DNA from: a candidate division WOR-3 bacterium
Lineage (GTDB): Bacteria > Hydrothermota > Tepidihabitantia > Tepidihabitantales > Tepidihabitantaceae
Assembly: GCA_037441285.1 (NCBI GenBank)
Contig: JBBISL010000006.1
Coordinates: forward strand, 1 to 64,000
Direction of reading: 5' to 3'
DNA length: 64,000 nt
How positions within the stretch are numbered: the stretch's first letter is position 1; the number at the start of each line of letters is the position of its first letter. The translations under genes and the position numbers were made by a program. The notes under the pieces were generated by a model. It ran no database searches. It was not told where the DNA came from and saw only the letters and a list, made by a program, of their open reading frames with translations. Shown here piece after piece: positions 58,542 through 64,000 of the stretch.

Positions 58542-60806
58542 TTGACACCGCACCGCACATTAACCGCCCTTATAACTATCACGGGACAGGTTCAGGGGAT
58601 TGGGTTTCGCCCCTTTGTTTACCGCCTCGCCCAAAAACTAAATATCAAGGGGACCATTACCAACACCAAAAAGGGTGTAAAAATTGTTGTCCAGGGCAAA
58701 AACCTCAAAAAATTTATCCATTTGCTCCGTACCAAGCCACCTCCCCTGTCCCAGTTTCATTCCTTTGTCGTGTCTTACTCAAAATCGAAATGTTATGATA
58801 AATTCACCATAACCCGAAGCGATGTAACATCCAAAAAAAGCGCAGTCTTTGTGTTGCCCGACCTCGCCCTGTGCTCCGACTGTCAGAAGGAACTTTTCGC
58901 GCCGGATGACCGGCGTTTTGGTTACCCGTTCATAAACTGCACCCAGTGTGGACCAAGATACACAATAATTAAAGCGCTCCCCTATGACCGGGAAAGGACA
59001 ACGATGAGTAAGTTCAACCTGTGTCCGGACTGTTTTGAAGAGTACCACAATCCGACCAATCGCCGTTTTCACGCCGAGCCGCTCGCCTGTCCGAAATGCG
59101 GTCCCGCTTTAACCCTGCTCGACAAACAGGGTAAACCGCTGTCTCAGGACCCGATAACGGCTGCCGCTCAGGCGCTTCTTAAAGGAAAAATTGTGGCGAT
59201 AAAGGGCTTGGGTGGGTTTCATCTTGCCTGCGACGCAACCTCAGACCGCGCGGTTAAACTTCTGCGGCAGCGTAAGGAGCGGTCGGGCAAGCCGTTTGCC
59301 GTAATGGTGGAAAACAGTTCTGTTGCCCGACAGTTCTGCCGCCTGAACCGGTCCGCATTAAACGCCCTGAACTCGGCCGCAGCACCGATTGTTTTGGCAA
59401 CCAAACTGCCCATCCCCAAAATCCCGCTCTCCCCCTTTGTTGCGCCCAACAATCCGGCGTTTGGCGTGATGGTCGCCTATACCCCGCTTCACCGCCTGCT
59501 TTTTCAAGCCCTGCGCCAGCAGTCCGGAAAACCGGCGGTACTGGTTATGACGAGCGCCAACCGGAGCGACGAGCCAATTGTTGGCACCGACGAAGAGCTG
59601 AAGCGAAAACTGGGCCGGGTCTTTGACCTCGCCATCACCCACAACCGGGAAATCGCCAACCGCTGTGACGACTCGGTAGTGCTTACCGACCCAAGAAAGA
59701 TGGTAATGGTGCGCCGGGCGCGCGGCTATGCACCACAACCAATCACCGTCGATAAAATGTTTCACGTGAAACATGAGACCCTGGCGGTGGGCGGTGATGG
59801 TCGCAACGCCTTCTGTCTTGCCCGGGGCGGCAACCTTTTTTTGAGTCCGCACATCGGCGACCTCGACTCAATTGCCAGCGAACAGTTTTTCAGTGAGACG
59901 CTCGAGCGACTGATTGAATGGACCGGGATTGTGCCCAAAAGGGTAATTTGTGACCTCCATCCCGATTACAGCTCAACCCGGCTTGCCGAACGGTTGAGTA
60001 AAAGGTGGAATGGGAAAATCTACCGGGTTCAGCACCATTACGCCCACATCCTTTCGGTAATCGCCGAGCACAACCTAAAGCCGCCGGTTATCGGCTTAGC
60101 CTGCGATGGCACCGGCTACGGAATTGACGGCGCGGTCTGGGGTTGTGAAATCATCCTTGTTCAGCCCGACCTTTCCTGGAAACGGCTGGCTCATCTCGGC
60201 TACCTCCGGCACAATGCGGGTGGCGGTATGCTCGCTGACCCGGAAAAGGTGGCGGTTGCCTACTGTTTCCAGTCTGGTTTGTCAGTTTCTGAGATGCGGG
60301 CGCTCGGTTTAAAGCCGAGCAGGGGAGAGCCCGAACTTCCCTATTTAACCTCAAGTATGGGCAGGTTGTTTGACTGTGTGGCCGCAATTACCGGTGTCTG
60401 CCGAACGGCAACATTTGAGGGTGAAGCCGCAATCGCCCTGGAAAAGGCGGCGCTTGATGCCGGCGGGCTAAAAATTGAACCGCCCGAGTTCGGGGCGGAC
60501 CTCAATCCGCTGCCAATTTTGCGCTGGACTGCTGAGCATACCCTCAGACACACCCCGGCTCAACAGGTGGCGCTCGGTTTTCACACCGCCCTGGTCCACG
60601 GCTTGGGTGAAGCGCTGACCAGATTTGCGCGGGCTTACCGGGTAAACCAGGTGTGCCTTTCTGGTGGGAGCATCCAGAACCGGTTAATTCGGCAGGGGAT
60701 AGTAAAGTTCCTCGCACGCCACGGGGTTGCGGTCTATCACAACGAGGCTGTCCCGCTTAATGATGGCGGGATTGCTTTGGGCCAGGCAATTGTGCCCACC
60801 AACTAA
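58542..60806 (+). CDS. hypF: Hydrogenase maturation carbamoyltransferase HypF
   Basis: GQVQGIGFRPFVY, two Zn fingers, KGLGGFHL, QHHYAH, DGTGYG, NDGGIALGQ. Confidence 0.96.
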   Translation: MTPHRTLTALITITGQVQGIGFRPFVYRLAQKLNIKGTITNTKKGVKIVVQGKNLKKFIHLLRTKPPPLSQFHSFVVSYSKSKCYDKFTITRSDVTSKKSAVFVLPDLALCSDCQKELFAPDDRRFGYPFINCTQCGPRYTIIKALPYDRERTTMSKFNLCPDCFEEYHNPTNRRFHAEPLACPKCGPALTLLDKQGKPLSQDPITAAAQALLKGKIVAIKGLGGFHLACDATSDRAVKLLRQRKERSGKPFAVMVENSSVARQFCRLNRSALNALNSAAAPIVLATKLPIPKIPLSPFVAPNNPAFGVMVAYTPLHRLLFQALRQQSGKPAVLVMTSANRSDEPIVGTDEELKRKLGRVFDLAITHNREIANRCDDSVVLTDPRKMVMVRRARGYAPQPITVDKMFHVKHETLAVGGDGRNAFCLARGGNLFLSPHIGDLDSIASEQFFSETLERLIEWTGIVPKRVICDLHPDYSSTRLAERLSKRWNGKIYRVQHHYAHILSVIAEHNLKPPVIGLACDGTGYGIDGAVWGCEIILVQPDLSWKRLAHLGYLRHNAGGGMLADPEKVAVAYCFQSGLSVSEMRALGLKPSRGEPELPYLTSSMGRLFDCVAAITGVCRTATFEGEAAIALEKAALDAGGLKIEPPEFGADLNPLPILRWTAEHTLRHTPAQQVALGFHTALVHGLGEALTRFARAYRVNQVCLSGGSIQNRLIRQGIVKFLARHGVAVYHNEAVPLNDGGIALGQAIVPTN
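59758..59773. promoter_or_regulatory. parS: parS centromere site
   Basis: Perfect palindrome TGTTTCACGTGAAACA, about 1.2 kb from dnaA. Confidence 0.92.
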
Positions 60807-60886
60807 CAAAAATTTAACCGCCATTTATTGACAACGGGCAAAATTACTTTATTATCAAATCCGGTTCATTAAAAAAGGCAGACAAC

Positions 60887-60994
60887 TGTGGACAGAGTTC
60901 ATTATTATTTTATATCTCTTTTATTCTGCGCCACTTACAGCAAGGATTTGTGTGGAAAAGTGTGTGGAAAAGTCTGGTTTAATTTTGTGGGAAA
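60887..60994. promoter_or_regulatory. DnaA-box cluster upstream of dnaA
   Basis: TGTGGACAG (60887), TGTGGAAAA (60951 and 60963), TGTGGGAAA (60986). Confidence 0.75.
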
Positions 60995-61006
60995 TGAAGC
61001 AGGTGT

Positions 61007-62344
61007 ATGAATAGCGAGCAGGTATGGACTGAGGTTTTGGAGCTGTTAAAGTTAAGGGTAAATCAGCAGGCTTTTCAGACCTGGCTTGCCCCAACCCGGT
61101 TGTTTAATATGGTAAACGGCACGGTTCAGGTTGCCGTCCCAAACAACTTCTTTGCCGACTGGTTACAGCACCATTACAAAACCGAAATCACAAGCGCGCT
61201 TAAGGCGGTGACCGGTAGAGAGTTGCAGGTTGAGTTCCTGGTACCGGTTGAGGGTAAAAAGCCGGTGGTCGCTAAGCCCCAACCGGCGGTAGCGGTTCAA
61301 GCCGGGACCAACACCGCTTCCCAGTTTCGGCTGCGCAGCCGCTACATCTTTGACACCTTTATTGTCGGGGAGAGTAATCGGCTTGCCTGGGCAGCAGCGC
61401 GCAATGTTGCACAGAACCTGGGCAAGGTTTTCAACCCGCTTTTTGTTTATGGTGGGGTGGGCTTGGGTAAAACCCACCTGATTCAGGCGATTGGCAATGC
61501 GGCACTGGCGCGTCATCCTGGGTTAAGGCTCTGTTACACTCCGGCCGAGGTGCTGTTTCTTGAGTTGATTCAGGCGATAGAGAAAAACACCCGGCTTGAG
61601 TTTAAAGAAAAGTATCGCGGTTTGGACCTATTGCTCCTTGATGATGTCCATTATCTGGTTGGTAAGGAAAGTTTGCAGGAGGAGATATTTTACACATTTA
61701 ACGCACTTCAGGATGCAGGAAGTCAGGTTGTTTTTACCAGCGACCGCCCGCCCAAAGACATACCAACACTTCAGGAGCGGTTGATTTCCCGGCTGGGAAG
61801 TGGGTTGGTTGTGGACATCCAGCCGCCCGAACTGGAAACCCGCATCGCAATTTTACTCCAGAAGGCAAAGCAGGAAAATTTTGATTTGAGCGAAGATATC
61901 GCATGTTACATTGCCAACCGGGTACGCTCTAACATCAGGACGCTTGAAGCTTCTCTTGTCCGGCTGATTGCGATGCACTCCCTAACCGGACGACCCGTAA
62001 CTACCGAACTGGCTGAGGCGGCGCTAAAGGACCTGATCCAGCACGAAGACCCTCTGGACCCGAGCCGGGTTATCGCTGCCGTTGCCGAGCATTTTCAGGT
62101 TCCGGCACAGGAGTTAAAGGGACAATCCCGTACCAAAAGGATTGCGCTGGCGCGCCAGGTTGCAATGTACCTGATGCGCAGTGTGTTAAACCTTTCTTTA
62201 AAGGATATTGGCTACCACTTTGGGGGCAAGGACCACACCACGGTAATGCACGCCATCGAAAAAATAAACGAGTTAAAAACCCGCGACCCTTTGTTTGCCA
62301 GCCAGATTGAGCGCCTCTCCCGTCACATAAACAACGGTTCCTAA
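61007..62344 (+). CDS. dnaA: Chromosomal replication initiator DnaA
   Basis: NPLFVYGGVGLGKTHL, LLDDV, QEE.F.TFN, NIR.LE, GGKDHTTVMHA. Confidence 0.98.
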   Translation: MNSEQVWTEVLELLKLRVNQQAFQTWLAPTRLFNMVNGTVQVAVPNNFFADWLQHHYKTEITSALKAVTGRELQVEFLVPVEGKKPVVAKPQPAVAVQAGTNTASQFRLRSRYIFDTFIVGESNRLAWAAARNVAQNLGKVFNPLFVYGGVGLGKTHLIQAIGNAALARHPGLRLCYTPAEVLFLELIQAIEKNTRLEFKEKYRGLDLLLLDDVHYLVGKESLQEEIFYTFNALQDAGSQVVFTSDRPPKDIPTLQERLISRLGSGLVVDIQPPELETRIAILLQKAKQENFDLSEDIACYIANRVRSNIRTLEASLVRLIAMHSLTGRPVTTELAEAALKDLIQHEDPLDPSRVIAAVAEHFQVPAQELKGQSRTKRIALARQVAMYLMRSVLNLSLKDIGYHFGGKDHTTVMHAIEKINELKTRDPLFASQIERLSRHINNGS

Positions 62345-62800
62345 GCAAACCGCTGTGCAAAAATCTGTGGATTGTTGCCCGTTCTTTTATTTTGCTTTGT
62401 TAGTACCCACTAAATCCACTTTACATTACACAACAACACACTCCCATAACTATCATTGTGGCATAGCCTTGTTAAGAACAACACATTTACACACTACCAG
62501 CAACCACACCAAAGTTATTCTTATCAGTTAATGATGTAATACTATTGGCAATTAAATTGGGTATTTATAATTAGTAACTATTTATAAGTAGATAATCCCA
62601 TTGGTTTGTTTAAAAATTTAGTTGCATTGGTTTTTATTATTACTTTGTTTTACTGTAAATGTAAAATGCCGGCGATAGAAAGTACCAATTTGGAGCTTAA
62701 ACTTTATATGTAAAAAGTTCCTGGCGCAATCTCAACCGCTCTTTTATCCAAGCAACATTGTTGTTGACATTTCATTTTATTTAAATATATTTTTATTCTT
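62345..62800. other. oriC: Probable replication origin (oriC)
   Basis: 455-bp non-coding gap after dnaA with degenerate DnaA boxes (TGTGCAAAA 62354, TGTGGATTG 62366) and a very AT-rich stretch at ~62510-62670. Confidence 0.7.
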
Positions 62801-63829
62801 GTGACATCGGTTCAATATATTCGCTGGAGCGAAAGCCTTGATTATGGATTCGCTGTTGGTCGGGTTCGCGCCTTAGAAACGCTGCTTCTGGACCGTAATC
62901 AGTACGAACGGCTAATACGAGCCAGCGAGGTTGAAGGGTTTGTAGCCGCCCTTGCCGAAACACGGTACGGGCAACTGATGACCTCTGAATCGGATGTCAA
63001 TAAACTCCTTTTAACGGTCCACCAGGAAAACATCTCTTTCTGCCAGGAATATGCGAGGGATGCCTGGTTAAAGGGGCTGATTCAAACGCCGGCGGACATC
63101 TTCAATTTAAAGGTGATGCTAAAAAACCGCTATCGGGGAAAGAACACCCAGTCGGATGAGTTGTTAAGCGGTGGGGGCTGGAGCGTAAAAGAGCTCAATG
63201 CGATGAGTTCCCCCGAAGTGCCTCGATTGCCCGTTGAGAAAAGAGATTTTATGCTGGCGTGGCGCCGTGCCCAGGAGGCGTTGCGGCTTGCCGAGGAGAA
63301 ACAGGACCCGGCAGTGATTGACCTTGTGCTGGACCGGCTGGCGCAGGAACTAACTTTGCGCTGGACCGCAGGAAAAGATTTTGCCCTTGGTTACTACCGG
63401 CTTTTTGCCGATGTAACAAATCTCAAGACCTTAATCCGGGTAAAGGTATTAAACGAAGGTGTTGACACTTTCCGGTCCGCCTTTTTGCCCGGGGGCACAA
63501 TCGCCTTTGAGCAGTTGCAACGGGTTTACGAGTTAGAACAAAGCGTCGTTAACGAACTGCGCATCGCCCCACCTTTTTTGACCATACTTCAAGCCGGCAT
63601 CCGGGTGTGGAACAACAACGAAAGCGTCTTGCCCATTGAAAAAAGAGCCCGCGAGTTACTGCTTGACTACATCAATCAAGCCCGCTATGTTGCCCTCGGT
63701 TATGAACCGCTGTGGCGCTTTTTCCTGTTGCGGGAAAACGAGTTAACCAATCTCCGGCAGCTTTACGCCGCCAAGATTGCCGGCTGGGATGTAAAACAGT
63801 GTCAAGACGTTGTTGTCTATGGCTTCTGA
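62801..63829 (+). CDS. V/A-type ATP synthase subunit C
   Basis: YGFAVGRVRALE..LL, D..NLK..R.K, ENE..NLR. Confidence 0.85.
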   Translation: MTSVQYIRWSESLDYGFAVGRVRALETLLLDRNQYERLIRASEVEGFVAALAETRYGQLMTSESDVNKLLLTVHQENISFCQEYARDAWLKGLIQTPADIFNLKVMLKNRYRGKNTQSDELLSGGGWSVKELNAMSSPEVPRLPVEKRDFMLAWRRAQEALRLAEEKQDPAVIDLVLDRLAQELTLRWTAGKDFALGYYRLFADVTNLKTLIRVKVLNEGVDTFRSAFLPGGTIAFEQLQRVYELEQSVVNELRIAPPFLTILQAGIRVWNNNESVLPIEKRARELLLDYINQARYVALGYEPLWRFFLLRENELTNLRQLYAAKIAGWDVKQCQDVVVYGF

Positions 63830-64000
63830 ACCGGGAAAGGTTGCGGTGGTTGGACCGGGCGCGGTGGTGACACCGTTCCAGGCGGTTGGACTTGAAGTAT
63901 TTCCGGTTGAGGCTGGAGCCGACCCCGCCGCAGTCGTGCAAAATTTAATCAAGACCGGATACCAGTTGATATTCTTTACCGACGACCTGACCGAGCGGTT
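63819..64000 (+). CDS. V/A-type ATP synthase subunit F (partial, runs off the window)
   Basis: MASEPGKVAVVG..V.PFQAVGLEVFPV..YQLIFFTDDL. Confidence 0.8.
   Translation, partial: MASEPGKVAVVGPGAVVTPFQAVGLEVFPVEAGADPAAVVQNLIKTGYQLIFFTDDLTER

Noticed and set aside
1..64000. Genome-wide UGA reassignment (genetic code 4 or 25) as the explanation for the UGA at 38928
   Set aside because: TGA ends many complete genes at their expected C-termini (lexA, hisC, rmlA, V-ATPase C), and no other gene shows internal TGA.
1..64000. CRISPR arrays, tRNA/rRNA genes, IS transposases
   Set aside because: No regularly spaced repeats, cloverleaf or rRNA signatures, or transposase motifs were seen by eye.

Overview
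Origin-proximal bacterial chromosome segment. Eight secreted proteins end in T9SS/FlgD-like C-terminal domains, which together with a V-type ATPase and many leaderless genes resembles WOR-3 or other FCB-related candidate phyla (inference only). Bases 1-9.5 kb form an AT-rich, partly decayed defence island: a Type III Res, a methyltransferase-SNase fusion, a second methyltransferase, CfrBI- and MjaI-family endonucleases, and gene remnants. The rest carries secreted hydrolases and beta-propellers, msrAB, mscL, a LexA/UmuD-dinB cassette with an SOS box, cstA, mgtE, rmlACB, hisC, a Lon-like protease, tldD/pmbA, a sigma54 activator, hypF (containing a perfect parS), dnaA/oriC and V-ATPase subunits C and F. 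Top findings: (1) a solitary, well-punctuated 122-aa gene (26929-27297) that aligns without gaps to the SIRV2-type major capsid protein of archaeal A-form-DNA filamentous viruses (Adnaviria), with no other viral genes nearby; (2) a secreted Asp-box beta-propeller gene that continues in frame across a UGA followed by a SECIS-like hairpin, a candidate new selenoprotein; (3) two promoter/terminator-defined sRNA candidates, one sigma54-dependent; (4) a dispersed ~130-bp element upstream of two secreted peptidases, and a recurrent TAAC-N17-GTTA intergenic motif. All family assignments come from motif recognition, not database searches.
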